The notes under the pieces are model-generated. The model was not told where the DNA came from and searched no databases. It saw nothing but the letters and a program-made list of their open reading frames with translations. The position numbers were made by a program, and so were the translations under genes. From assembly GCF_009914755.1 (NCBI RefSeq), contig NC_060934.1: a stretch of 64,000 nt of DNA; one strand, written 5' to 3'. Origin of the DNA: the human T2T-CHM13v2.0 reference genome, Homo sapiens. Positions within the stretch are counted from its first letter, which is position 1. Every line of letters starts with the position of its first letter. Positions 33,131-58,669 of this stretch are shown here, in pieces.

Positions 33131-33434
33131 ACATAGTCAGCATTGTAATAGACCAGGGTGTGGGTGGTTTTCTAAGGGAAAGAATTTTGAGCAACATATG
33201 TCTACTACATCCTACAGAAGAAGAGGAGATGCTCTTCTTACTCATCTCAAACATGTGCACAAGTATTGCCTAAGAAAAGGAAAATCTAAATTAGGAACAT
33301 CTGTGAGATCAGAGTGTGTGGCTCCCCAGGGGAGTCTATAATGGACCTGCGTGGTTTCTCAGTTCTTCTAGCAGGAGAGCACCCAACACCTCACCCAGCT
33401 GCTGACCCAGTGAAGTCGTCTGCATGTAGAAGTC

Positions 33435-34013
<579 letters not shown>

Positions 34014-34030
34014 TTTTTTTTTTTTTTTAA

Positions 34031-34405
34031 TATATATATGTATGTATTTTCATGTTTATTTCTTTTATATATATATATATTTTATTATACTTTAAGTTCT
34101 AGGGTACATGTGCACAATGTGCAGGTTTGTTACATATGTATACATGTGCCATGTTGGTGTGCTGCACCCGTTAACTCGTCATTTACATTAGGTATATCTC
34201 CTAATGCTGTCCCTCCCCCATCCCCCAACCCCACAACAGGCCCCAGTGTGTGATGTTCCCCTTCCTGTGTCCAAGTGTTCTCATTGTTCAATTCCCAGCT
34301 ATGAGTGAGAACATGCGGTGTTTGGTTTTTTGTCCTTGCGATAGTTTGCTGAGAATGATGGTTTCCAGCTTCATGCACATTTACACCATGGAATACTATG
34401 CAGCC
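34031..34405 (-). mobile_element. 5'-truncated, 5'-inverted L1PA (L1PA4/5-like)
   Basis: L1 3' end on minus to 34374; sense-oriented piece gcacatttacaccatggaatactatgcagcc at 34375-34405. Confidence 0.92.
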
Positions 34406-34432
34406 TTTTTTTTTTTTTTAAAGAGAGATAGG

Positions 34433-34885
34433 AAGCTAGGCATGGTGGCACTTGCCTGTAATCCTAGCTACTTGGGAGGCTGAAGCACGAGAATCACTTG
34501 AAACCAGGAGGCAGAAGTTGCAGTGAACAAAGATTATGCCGCTGCACTCCAGCCTGGGGGACAGAGTGAGACTCTGTCTCAAAAAATAATAATAATAAAA
34601 ATAAAGACAAACAGGGTCTCACTCTATCCCCCAGGCTGAGTGCAGTGGCACAATCATAGCTCACTGCAGCCTTGAACTCCTGGGCTCAAGTGATCCTCCT
34701 GCCTCAGCCTCTTGAGTAGTTGGGACTACAGGTGGGCGCCACCATGCCCAGCTAGTTTTTTTGTATTCTATTGTTGAGATGGGCTCTCCCTGTGTTGCCC
34801 AGGCTAGTCTCCAGCTCCTCAAACAATCCTCCCATTTTGGCTTCCCAAAGCGCTGGGGTTTCAGGTGTGAGCCACTGCAACTTGC
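34433..34885. mobile_element. Alu right arm (+, ~34433-34600) tail-to-tail with AluJ (-, ~34604-34885)
   Basis: Alu sequence on opposite strands. Confidence 0.88.
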
Positions 34886-35964
34886 CGCTTTGTTGAATGT
34901 TCTAAGTTGCTGAAAGGATGAGGGAGACATCTCCATTATCCTTTAATCTCAGTTAAGTAAGTCAGCATTCCTACTTAACATACATCTCAATCAGGGGTAT
35001 ATAGCAGACTCAACTTTTTCAGAACAAAGTTGCCTGTCTCATACTTCAAGACATTCTGATTGAGAAGGTAGAGATGGAGGGCTAGATTGGAATATGTATA
35101 TTTTGGTTTTTAAAGAACCCCACAAATATTTCTCATAAACTGCTATCTACTTCCCACAGTTATTTCAGAAATTAGTTCTGAAATACTTCTCTCCTATTGC
35201 TTAGAATATCAATACGAATTCTGCAGCAACAATGCCTGTGGTTTGATGTCAATGCCTCCTCACACCATGGCATACCACAATTGTATTGCGAATAATTTAG
35301 TATAAATATCAGCCAACCTAACGTTGCCTGCTGCTAACCAATTTTAATCTCATATTTAGAAATACCTTTGTGCATGCACAAAAAGACTTGGAAAAGGAGG
35401 TTTCTTTATTAAAAGAGGTGGTCCCCTTCTTCAGATGGTTTAGGTTTGGTTCTGGCAGAGGTTGGGGATGGAACCCAAGAGAAACACACCGTTCTTTCTC
35501 TTCTCACTCCTAGAAACATGTTTTGACAGTCATCCCTGTGATATCTTGGGGGTGGAACTGCCATTGGTGACATGATTATTAAATGTGGTGATGGATGAAT
35601 GCTTTGCTTATTTTACCTTGTGTTACCACTGATATAAATCAAATCCTCCCTGACAACATCAAAAAGTGCTGGAATCCTGGAAGCCCACAGCCAAACAAGA
35701 ACCATAGGGTGGCTTCAATAGGGGGTTGCCAGGCTGGTAGGATAGCAAAATGGGGCTGAGAGTTTGGAGAACAGAGACAGCCACCACCTAAGGCTGCAGT
35801 GAGCTGTATGTAGATACATATGCAGGTATGTAGATTCATACCTGTCCACTCTGAACTCATTTCAACGTTCTAATTATTAGCAATTATAAAATAGTTTTCT
35901 CATACGTTAGTTTCTTCCAGTCCTCCTCCTCTCTCACTGTCAATTCAAGGTAAATGGCTCCATT

Positions 35965-36180
35965 TGTATTAATTAGGGTTCTCCAGCGAGATAGAATCAA
36001 CAGAATGTAGAGATATAAACAGAGAGCTACGAGAGGGGGATTATTAGGGGAATTGGCTCACATGATTATGGAGGTTGAGATGTCTCACAACAGGTCACCT
36101 GCAAACTGGAGACCCTGGGATGCTGGTATCATGGCTTAATCCAAGTCCAAAAGTCTCAGCACCAGGGGAGCTGCCATTCA
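35965..36180 (-). mobile_element. MLT2 LTR fragment
   Basis: tgtattaattagggttctccagcgagatagaatcaacag...ggaattggctcacatgattatggagg. Confidence 0.8.
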
Positions 36181-36422
36181 AAAGTTAAAGGGCCTCTCCC
36201 ACCCCTACCCCTTATCCACCCCCCACTACTAAATGAAAGTGATATTTTCCAGTTAAGTTTCCACACTGCAAGATTATACATAAAAATATTAACATCTAGC
36301 CAAATCCATCATTTTCAGATTCATATTTTAGCTGAAATGATAACAATTATTTTTTTTTTTACATTGGATTCCTTTTCTAGCAGTGGAGACCTCTCCACTG
36401 AAATACCACTAAAGACGTAAGG

Positions 36423-36723
36423 GGCTGGGCATGGTGGCTAACACCTGTAATCCCAACATTTGGGAGGCCGAGGCGGGCAGATCACTTGAGGTCAGGAGTT
36501 CGAGACCAGCCTGGCCAACATGGTGAAACCCTGTCTCTACTTAAAATACAAAAATTAGCTGGGCATGGTGGCAGGTGCCTGTAATCCCAGCTACTCAGAG
36601 GCTGAAGCAGGAGAATAGCTTGAACCCGGAAGGTGGAGGTTGCAGTGAACTGCGATCATGCCATGCACTCCAGCCTAGGTTACAGAGTGAAACTGCCTCA
36701 AAAAAAAAAAAAAAAAAAAAAAA
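36423..36723 (+). mobile_element. AluS whose A tail runs into the L1 5' end
   Basis: Full dimer, ~24-nt A tail. Confidence 0.94.
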
Positions 36724-37024
36724 GACTACGTTCCAAGATGGTCAAATACGAACAGCTCACGTCTGTAGCTCCCAGCGTGATCGACGCAGAAGATGGTGAT
36801 TTCTGCATTTCCAATTGAGCCTCTGCTGGTGATACCCAGGTAAACAGGTTCTGGAGTGGACCTCCAGCAAACTCCAGCACACCTGCAGCTGAGGGACCTG
36901 ACTGTTAGAAGGAAAACTAACAAACAGAAAGGAATAGCATCAACATCAACAAAAAGGACATCCTCACCAAAACCTCATCTGTAGGTCACCAGCATCAAAG
37001 ACCAAAGTAGATAAAACCACAAAG

Positions 37025-38029
37025 ATGGGGAGAAACCAGAGCAGGAAAGCTGAAAATTCTGAAAACCAGAGTGCCTCTTCTCCTCCAAAGGATTGCAGCT
37101 CCTTGCCAGCAATGGAACAAAGCTGGACAGGGAATGACTTTGACGAGCTGACAGAAGTAGACTTCAGAAGGTCGGTAATAACAAACTTCTCCGAGCTAAA
37201 GGAGGATTTTTGAACCCATTGCAAGGAAGCTAAAAACTTTGAAAAAAGATTAGATGAATGGCTCACTAGAATAAACAGTGTAGAGAAGACCTTAAATGAC
37301 CTGTTGGAGCTGAAAACCATTGCTCGAGAACGATGTGATACATGCATAAGCTTCACTAGCTGATTCGATCAAGTGGAAGAAAGGGTATCAGTGATTGAAG
37401 ATCAAATTAGTGAAATAAAGCAAGAAGAGAAGTTTAGAGATAAAAGAGTAAAAAGAAACAAACAAAGCCTCCAAGAAATATGGGACTATGTGAAAAGACC
37501 AAATCTACATTTGATTAGTGTACCTGAAAGTGACGGGAAGAATGGAACCAAGTTGGAAAACACCCTTCAGGATATTATCCAGGAAAACTTCCCCAACCTA
37601 GCAAGGCAGGCCAACATTCAACTTCAGGAAATACAGAGAACGCCACAAAGATACTCCTTGAGAAGAGCAACCCCAGATTCACCAAGTTTGAAATGAAGGA
37701 AAAACTGTTAAGGGCAGCCAGAGAGAAAAGTCGAGTTACCCACGAAGGGAAGCCCATCAGACTAACAGCCGATCTCTCGGCAGAAACTCTACAAGCCAGA
37801 AGAGAGTGGGGGCCAATATTCAACATTCTTAAAAGAATTTTCAATCCAGAATTTAATATCCAGCCAAACTAAGCTTCATAAGTGAAGGAGAAATAAAATC
37901 CTTTACAGACAAGCAAATGCTGAGAGATTTTGTCCCCACCGGGCCTGTCTTACAAGAGCTCCTGAAGGAAGCACTAAACATGGACAGGAACAACCGGTAC
38001 CAGCCATTGCAAAAACATGCCAAATTGTA
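37025..38029 (+). pseudogene. L1 ORF1 remnant (disrupted)
   Basis: ORF1p fragments MGRNQSRK..., EIWDYVKRPNL...; premature TGA at 37211. Confidence 0.9.
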
Positions 38030-38092
38030 AAGACCATCAATGCTAGGAAGAAACTGCATCAACTACGAGCAAAATAACCAGCTAACATCATA

Positions 38093-41890
<3,798 letters not shown>

Positions 41891-42909
41891 GTGGGAATTG
41901 AACAATGAGAACACTTGGACACAGGGTGGGGAGCATCACACACTGGGGCCTGTCGTGGGGTTGGGGGCAGGGGGAGGGAAAGCATTAGGAGAAATACCTA
42001 ATGTAAATGACGAGTTAATGGGTGCAGCACACCAACATGGCACATGTATACCTACGTAATAAATCTGCATGTTGTACATATGTACCCTAGAACTTAAAGT
42101 ATAATAAAAAAAATTAAAAATAAATAAATAAATAACCCACCCCCGCCGCCAAAAAAAACCCGTAAGGGAGTGGGCTATGCACTCCCTCAGCGTCTGAAGG
42201 CAGGATCTGAAGAAGGCATGTACCAGCCCCACCTTTCCCTGCAGGATGATGGTTCACCTTGGAAACTAATTACTTTTTAAAATTTTAATATAGGGTTTTA
42301 AATTATTTACCATCAGGAAAGCTGAAATGAACAAAGATTGACATCATATAACCCTGGCTTAAGGTCGCCAAATTTTGAGAATGTAGACTCACATAAATAA
42401 GTAGATTTATATACATAACAAGTAATTTTTTCACTGCTTCACAAGTTATTACAGGTAATTACTAAGGAAAGCTGACCAGAATACTGCCAGAGTTGCTACA
42501 GAATAACATTTGGGGCCACCTTGGTTGGAAATATACGGAGGCAGTTGAGTTGAACGGTAGACTGAGAAACTTCTCATCCACTATCTCTTTTATCATCTTG
42601 CAAAGTATTCACCAAGAACATTTGCTATGAGAAAAGTGACTAGATAGCATCCTTAATTTTACCAACAAGGTAATGATTTTTTATTACACATCGAACAACG
42701 AAGAATGTCAGACCCTTCAGATTTCTCACGACCAATTCTCCTTCTCAACTGTCAAGACTTTTTCATTGCAGGGATCTTGTCATGTTTAGTGTTTTTAAGA
42801 TACAGTTTTCCCTTAAAATTGTTGACAGCATGAAGCTGTGAAAACATATCTGCTTCAATAAGCCAATTTTGTGAGTCATATTTTTAAAAAATATGTTGTT
42901 AAATTTAAC

Positions 42910-43128
42910 CAGTGATGTGTTGTTAGACCCACTCTCCAGAAAGAAAAAAGAAAAAACAGAAAGTCCTGATTTGTTGTGTTTGCCAATTTCTGTGGTGTAA
43001 ATCCTCCCACTGTGGCTGATTTCAAGCGACAAAGTAGTGTAACTAAATGCAGAGTTGGGAGGAGACGTGCATGGTTGATTCTCACAAGTTGGTATGAGCC
43101 AGGAAGAGCAGGATTCAGGACACCATGG
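42910..43128. mobile_element. MER63-like (hAT-Blackjack)
   Basis: cctgatttgttgtgtttgccaatttctgtggtgtaaatcctcccactgtggctgatttcaagc; related copies at ~44478-44670 (opposite strand) and ~56925-57140. Confidence 0.75.
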
Positions 43129-43412
43129 ATTTTAGCCACACACGAAAAGATGCATGCAGTCTATGTGTGAGGTCTAACAAATATGTAAAAGAGAACACCC
43201 ATGTTACTCCACCAAAGTCAAGAAACAGAGCATCACCTGCACCCCAGCAGTCCACCGCATGCCCCTTATAATCTTCTTCCCTGTTAGTTAGCCACTTTTG
43301 TCACTTTTCTGCTATTGTTTTTACACCTTTTTTTCTTTTTTATCACATAAGTGTGCATCCCTAAATGTTCTGATTTAATTTCACCTGTCTTGAACTTTAT
43401 ATAAATGAAATT

Positions 43413-44425
<1,013 letters not shown>

Positions 44426-44669
44426 CTAGCTCATTCATTTTTATTGCTACACAGTATTACAACATAAAAATATCCTCAGGGATGTGCTGGAGGCAGCTTA
44501 TACAGACTCATGAGCATTGATTGTTAAATGTTCACAAATTTTGTAAGCTAGTTAATGTCATGTTGGGAGCTTGAAATTAGCCATGATGAGTATATTTGCA
44601 CCATGGAAATTAGCAAATGCTACAAATCGGGGCTTTTTCTCCCTGTTGTTAAACATCTGCCAGCATGCC

Positions 44670-45560
<891 letters not shown>

Positions 45561-45819
45561 ATGGTCTATGGTTAATGTGGGTACAATTGTACAGACTCTA
45601 GGTTTATTTTGATCTTGTGTGTGATTTTTTGCTTGGCCCCATTTCACCTTCTCTGGAACCACTTTGTTTCTCTGATCTAGAGTTACAATTTTAAGATGAA
45701 GTGTAGAGATTCCTCCATTTCTCTGAGACTCAAAGGGTCACGGAGAAGAGGGGATATTCGGCTTGGATTATGCATGGAGTCCTGTGCTCCACTCTTTGTC
45801 CTGGCTCAGATTCATTCAT

Positions 45820-46108
<289 letters not shown>

Positions 46109-46449
46109 GGCTCAGATACTTTTAAATGCCCTAGGCCTACTTTCTCTAGCCAGTCTACTTCATTCTACTGGATTCTGGAAACTTTCTGAAAACCCAGCAC
46201 AATGTCCTGGAAGACAGCAATCCTTATTGCACTTTCTGCAGATGGCTCATGGCAGGGTAATGGTAAAAGGAAAGAAGCAAGAGATTGTCATATGATCAAA
46301 AGACACACCTCTCCCCTAAAGCTTTCATTTATTAATGAAATGACACCACATAGTACTTATAGGAGAGGTTGCTCTTCGTCTGAGACTCCTGAAAGGTATT
46401 CTTGTCTGTAGAAACACATAAAATGAACAACACAGGAAGACAGTATCTA

Positions 46450-48550
<2,101 letters not shown>

Positions 48551-49057
48551 GATAAATTTTAATCTCTCCTAAGTAGTGAGTTGGGATATGGAGCAAGAGC
48601 CTATCTGGTCTTTCTGGAGGGAAGGGAAAGAGGAGAGAAGAAATTTAGGAGCTTGGCCCGGGAGCTCTCTTTGCCAGTCTCTCTCTCACCTTCACCTCAG
48701 TCTTGCTGGCATCAGAAGAGACATGAAAAGGGAGAAAACGGTAGTTGTGGTCAACTCTGTGGTCAGCAGTGTTTACAGTGGCAGGCTGTTTATAGGAGTG
48801 AAGAGGGATGCCTTCCATTCTCCCTTTGCAGAGGCCAAGATTGAACTCTCAACGAAGAACAGCATTCTTACTGCCAGAACGTGTTTTGCTGGCCCAGGTA
48901 GGCCTGACAACCACTTGCTCAGGTTATCCCATGACAGGCCTACCTAGTTGCTGGCCGCAGACTTCTCTTAGTCAAATCCTGCCTTCCACAGGCCTATGGA
49001 TAGCAAAATCCCCTAGAACCAAGGACAAAATATCATTCCCACTGTCAGGATTTCTGG

Positions 49058-49373
49058 ATTTTGTTTTTTGTTTTTTGTTTTGTTTTGTTTTGAGATGGAG
49101 TTTCACTCTTGTTGCCCAGGCGATAGTGCAATGGTGCAATCTTGGCTCACCGCAACTTGTACCTCCTGGGTTCAAGCTATTCTCCTGCTTTAGCCTCCCA
49201 AGTAGCTGGGACTACAGGCATGCACCGCCACACCTGGCTAATTTTGTATTTTTAGTAGAAACAGGGTTTCACCGTGTTGCCCAGGCTGGTCTCAAACTCC
49301 TGACCTCAGGTGATCCACCCGCCTCGGCCTCCCAAAGTGCTGGGATTACAGGCATGAGCCACCGCGCCCAGCC
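49058..49373 (-). mobile_element. AluS
   Basis: TSD cccactgtcaggattt on both sides. Confidence 0.94.
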
Positions 49374-49432
49374 CCCACTGTCAGGATTTTTAATGTTTCT
49401 CAGTGTTTTGCCCTTTCATTTTATTTAATTAA

Positions 49433-49835
49433 TGTATTAGTCCATTCTTGCACTGCTATAAAGAAATAACTGAGACTGGGTAACTTAAAAGAAGTTTCAT
49501 TGGCTCACGGTTCTGCAGGCTATACGGGAAGCATGGCAGCTTCTGCTTCTGGGGAGGCCTCAGGAAACTTACAATCATGGCGGAAGGCAAAGTGGGAGCA
49601 GGCATTTTACATGGCAAGAGCAGGAACAAGAGAGAGAGCAGGCAGGTGCTACAAACTTTTAAACCAGATCTCACGAGCACTCACTATCATGAGAAAGGCA
49701 CCAAGGGGATAATGCTAAACCATTCATGAGAAACTACCCCCACGATCCAATCACCTTCCACCAGTCCCCATCCCCAGCACTGGGGATTACAATTCGACAT
49801 GAGATTTGGGTGCAGACACAGATCCAAACCATAGC
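49433..49835 (-). mobile_element. MST (MaLR) solo LTR
   Basis: tgtattagtccattcttgcactgctataaagaaata...gacacagatccaaaccatagca. Confidence 0.9.
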
Positions 49836-49837
49836 AA

Positions 49838-49995
49838 TTTATTTATTTGAGACAGGGTCTTGCTCTGTTGCCCAGGCTGGAATGCAGTGGTGCGATCATA
49901 GCTCACCACAGCCTCCAACTCCTTAGCTCAAGCGATCCTCCCACCTTGGCTTCCCAAAGTGCTGGGATTATAAGTGTGAGTCACTGTACTCAGCC
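49838..49995 (-). mobile_element. FLAM/FRAM-type Alu monomer
   Basis: Single fused monomer. Confidence 0.8.
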
Positions 49996-50467
49996 CACAC
50001 AACTGTTTTCAGAGCTGGTGGATGTTAGGGCATTGACTTGGCTGCTTTTTTCTTCCTAGAAGTGAAAATAACAGTGTCTTGAATAAGGTAGAAGTTTATT
50101 CTTCTTTTATGTGAAAATCCAACTGCTAAGGAGTCCAGAAAGATAGGGCAGCTCCCTTTCAGGAAGTCTTTTGAGGACCTAGGTTTTTCCTATTGTGTTG
50201 TTCCGCCATCCCATTAATGATGCTCTGTCTACCTGCATGGTCAAGAAGAGCTCAACACCATCACCTCCAGCCAGTGAGAAGGGAAAATAAGTGATGGACA
50301 AACAGCTCCCATTTAAGCATCTAGCCAGAACCACAGGCATCACTTGCACTCATCCCATTGGACAGAACTTAGCATGTGGTCACAACTAGGTACAAGGAAG
50401 GCTGGCAATTGTAATCTACAGCTAGAGAGCTGAAACTTAAGGGGTTGTAAAAATACATGAAAGAAGG

Positions 50468-50902
<435 letters not shown>

Positions 50903-51023
50903 CTAACTCTCTCTCTTATCTCATTTTCTCCCCTAAGTTTTCTCTCCTTTTCCTGTATCTCTTCTTATCTCCCTCTCAGTTGCTGATGCTCCTTTGGGAT
51001 AGCAGGTCTTTAGAAGTAGCTAG

Positions 51024-51250
<227 letters not shown>

Positions 51251-53099
51251 TAATTTTAAAAAGAAAGAAGGGAGAGAAGGGAAGGAAGAGAGGAACATAT
51301 AGCCAAGGTACATTTTATCAGAGCCCCCAGGTGTAGCATTCACCTTACAAAGTAGGAACCACGGAGAATCCAAGGATGTTCTTGAGGCAAATTCTAGCCC
51401 ACCGTGTTTTGTGACCTTAGCCCTTTGGTTGCATGGTGAGCATGGAGGACTCTTGTTTTTATTTGCCTGATATTTGGGTTTTGAACTTGGAAAATGAGGA
51501 AGGAAGAAGGAAGAGAGATTAGTGAATGAGACTGGCCCATCTTCTCTTAGAATCACCCAGGGAGCTTCAAGGCACTGCCATGGTTGAGAACCACTAGCGG
51601 AGCTTGCCAAGGAGACACCGCACATTTTGCAAACCCAGTTGCACGTGGTAGTAGACAAGAAAGGCAAGGGCCACCACAACCCATCAGTGATGGTGTCTCA
51701 GCTCAGGCAGCTCAGGTGTACCTCACCCAGGCCCAGGAGCCATCTATAAATGCTTACACATGCTAAAGACCATTGAGGATACAAGACAGAAACCAGAATC
51801 CGGAGAGATAATTCAGCCACCTGGGAAGAAAATGAGTGCAGCGAATGGGATTCCTATTTCAGTTGCTACGTCTGGCCAGGATGTCTTTGTTCTCTCTTTT
51901 GAGCAGTTCTCATGTCCCTAGGGCAATCTCTCATGCCCAGGTATCGTCATCAATGGAAAGAAAAGAGATGCAGAGAGTTGGGGCTGGGTTACTGAGAGAC
52001 CCGGGACCATCCTGGAGCAGCGCCCATGTCTGCGTCATCTGTCACCTCTCTCGGGTGCCTGGCTCATTGCTAGCAGTGTCTCTCCTCTTACAAAATGAAT
52101 GGGGGAAGGGCAGAACGTTGCTGTTTTAGGGTTCACTACAGTTTGGGCTGGTTGCTGTGACTGAGCAGCTGAGCTCCTGTGAGGAAGAGGAAGGACTGGT
52201 CAGGGGCCCTTAGAGCTCAGAGGACAGTGCAAGGCACTTCATTACGTCCCCACCATAGAGCCTTCCAGAATGTGCAGTGTCCACTTAGATGGGCTCCAGG
52301 GAACAATTGCTTCCTTATTTTCTCTCTCCTTCCTTCCTTTACACCCTTACATCCTGGCTGATCCCAGGTCTAGTCTGCCTTCATTCTTATGTCTGAGTCT
52401 GGGCCACCCATGCCTGGCTGTACCCTGGAAGGCCCATGGCTGGACCTCAGGCAGGAGCCCCCTCAGGACCCAGCCCCTCAGTTTCCAAGGCTTCCTTCAT
52501 GTTGCATGATGTCAGGGATCACTGTGCCCATGCGATGGACGGGGTAGGACGGAGCAAGGAAGGGACATGGAGGAGACAGAAAGTAAAGAAGTAGAGCATC
52601 ATTCCACCTCACACCCTCCCTGTGTGAAAAAGGAGAGGGCCTGGTGACAGCAGGGGGTGACATGCACCAGAGAGCCAGAGCCACCTGCGAGAGTGTCACT
52701 GAGCTCCCCGGGTGGAGCCGCAGGGGAGGGCTGAAGGCAGACCAAAATCCTCTTCTGGGAATTATTAGGAAAGTGGGTGCAATTCATGGACTTCCACAGA
52801 ATTTTCCATTCTGGGAGATTCGTGGAAGAGAAGCATATGTTATTTCCGTTAAAGAACATCTCCAGGGGACTTCGAGGTATTCAAATTATAGATCCTTTCT
52901 TACATAGAATAAAGCCACATTAAAAAAAAATGTGCAGCAGGAGACAAACATCTTTAAAGGAACCATTTTATAGAGTGAGCCACCCCATGTGAAGGCAGTC
53001 CCCTTTTGGGCAGTGATGGGGGTGTTGAGAAGTACAAACCTCTACAGATCTTACATCCGCCAAACAGCACGCTCCCAGTACAGAGCTTTCTCCCTTTGA

Positions 53100-53634
<535 letters not shown>

Positions 53635-53905
53635 TAAAAATCTCCTCAAATCTACGACATGGGCAGCCTTCCACACTGCTCAAAGTGTTGTCTCTGCCAA
53701 GAGACAAACACGGAAATCGAAGGTAAACATCTAGAAAGTTTTTGGCAAATTGACACTGCTGTAACGCCCACGGAGGTGATTCTGAACATGACATGATATT
53801 GCCAGACACCAGCCCTGCTTCTGTAGTAGGGGGCCTTGGAGCTGCTAAGGCAGCATGGTGGTGACAATGACCCCCGTGACATGCAGGTGACCGCACCATA
53901 GCTCA

Positions 53906-54327
<422 letters not shown>

Positions 54328-54497
54328 CCCATAATTCAGCCCACCAGTGGCCTCAGGTTACTGTGTGTACAAGGTGTTTGTGGGATATTTCTGGTCTCCC
54401 ACAACTTCAGCTGATGTCCAGAGTTAAAGGGCTCTAAGTAAGTACCCCACCTTCTATAAAGTGTTGCTAAGGAAAGCCCTCAATGCTAAGGCTTTGA

Positions 54498-54835
<338 letters not shown>

Positions 54836-55178
54836 CCCCCTCCATCTTTTTGCATCAGAAGAGACATGAAAAGGGAGAAAATGGTAGTTGTGGTCAACTG
54901 TGTGGTCAGCAGTGTTTACAGTGGCAGACTGTCTACAGAGGTGAAGAGGGGTGCCTTCTCTTCTCCCTTTGCAGAGGCCAAGTGGGGAAGGTTGAGGAGC
55001 AAGAAAGGGAGACCAGCATTTCCATTTCCCAGTTGGGTTCCCATTTGGGCACCTGCCTGTCGGGCCATCTGCCCGGTAGGAAGCACTTCCTCGATAACCG
55101 TGCAGCAGTGCCTGACCCCAATTCATGCGGCTCAACTGTGGATTTCTCTCTTTAGTATGAGGGGTACTTAGCAGAGTT

Positions 55179-55222
<44 letters not shown>

Positions 55223-56059
55223 CAGATTTGGCCTTTAACTGGCAAATTCTGGGTCAGGAAGAGCGCCCCTCAACATTTTTTGATGCTAATCCTTCCCCCC
55301 CAAATCTGCCACTGGTTACAGTAACTCAGCTTTCCCACTTGAGCAGTTTGAGGGATGCAGGGTCTGACAGGAGCCCAGAGGCCGTTCAGAGGATGGGCAC
55401 CAACAGTACCCTGGCTCCAAACAGGGCAGCCAGGTGCAAGGTGGGCACAGGGCTTAGCAGGGAAGGTGGGCCGGCAAGGCCAGGTGCATGGCAGGAGTGG
55501 CGGGGAGCCTGGTGGGCTGTGGGGAGTAGAGGTAGTTCATGGCCAGCCTGGAGCTGAGAACATGGAGAAAGAACCCCAAACTCTTAATTTTTCTGTAGAA
55601 CTTGGCTGGTGCTCAGGGCTGCTGGCAGCCTCAGCTGGAAATCTGTTTACCCAGAGAACGAAGCATCAGATAAGCTTTGTGGTGGAAGAGAGCCATGATT
55701 CTCAGTCTAAATGTTGAAATTAGAGGGAGAGGCAAAGAGAATCCAATGGAACTTGTGGCCGGTGAAGCTCTAGTGAGCCTGAGGCAGTGACTTGGGTCTA
55801 AGGTGAAGCCTTATTTATGGAGAAGCGATCCCAGGCGAAAACAGCTGTTGGCCAGAGTTTTGGAGAAACATGAGTTGACTCAGAATTAGGCCATGAACTT
55901 AGGTTATTATTTGCCTTTTTTCCCCTTGATTTTTTGTTTTGGGATTTATTTAAATTATGTTTGGTAGAAGGAGACTTACAAATAGGCAGATTGTTATTTT
56001 TCTTAACTTTATAGTATGAGTTCCATTAGGAGATATATATGACAAAGTGGTATTTATGA

Positions 56060-57621
<1,562 letters not shown>

Positions 57622-57682
57622 TGAGACAAGGTTTTCCTGGTTCACCCAGGCTGGAGTGCAGTGCCCTGATTGTGGCTCATTG

Positions 57683-58110
57683 TGAGGCAGGAGAAAAAGG
57701 CCTGGAGGCAGGGAACTTAAGGCCAGCCAACCCGTGGTGACTTTCTGAACTAAATCAAACTGAAAGCACTTCAGCAATGACAGGAATATGAATGGCTTTG
57801 TAACTTCACTTCATCCTCTCCATTTACATAGACCACACACACCAAGTAATATCCTCTCCATTTACAATAGGGTGCCTTCTGAATAAATGACTCTGTAACT
57901 TTACTTCATTCTTGGTTACAGCCAAGTAACCAATGGGAAGCCTCTAAAGTGTTGAAACTCCAACAAGTTCTGTAACCGGGGGTCTTGAGCCCCTATACTT
58001 GGGCCACTCCCACTCAGTGGAACGTACTTTCGTTCTCAATAAATCCTTGTGCATTTTGTCCAATTCTTTGTTAGAGATGCCGAGTACCTGGACACCTTCT
58101 GCCGGTTACA
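57683..58110 (+). mobile_element. MER51-like (ERV1) solo LTR inserted inside an Alu (-, 57608-58336)
   Basis: TG...CA termini; tgaggcaggagaa..ctggaggcagggaac start; AATAAA at 58038; Alu resumes at caacctcc. Confidence 0.85.
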
Positions 58111-58163
58111 ACTTCAACCTCCGCCTCCTGGGTTCAAGCGATTCTTCTGCCTCCGCCTTTTGA

Positions 58164-58343
<180 letters not shown>

Positions 58344-58622
58344 TAGAATTTTTTTTTAACATCTACCTACTATCTCTCTCTGGTTCTAATAGTAATTTCT
58401 TTCCCAACCGTCTAGGGCGTTGGAGAATTCAATCCCATCTGTCATGTGGAAATTTACATCAATCTAACATTACTCAAGCTGGAAAGGATCTTATCGAGTC
58501 TTCTACTTCAACCCATTCATTTCAAGATGTGGAAACTAAGGCTCAAAGAGATAAAGTGACTTGTCCAAGATCCCAGGTAAAGTTTCCAAAGAAATCAGAA
58601 CTAACATCTAGTTCTTCTGATA

Positions 58623-58626
<4 letters not shown>

Positions 58627-58666
<40 letters not shown>
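58627..58666 (+). repeat. (TG)n microsatellite
   Basis: About 20 TG units, next to a MIR-like fragment at ~58510-58620. Confidence 0.97.

Positions 58667-58669
<3 letters not shown>

Noticed and set aside
35161-36400. Small hairpins tatttcagaa/ttctgaaata (35161-35185) and cagtggaga/tctccactg (36381-36400)
   Set aside because: 9-10 bp arms in intergenic DNA with no supporting context.
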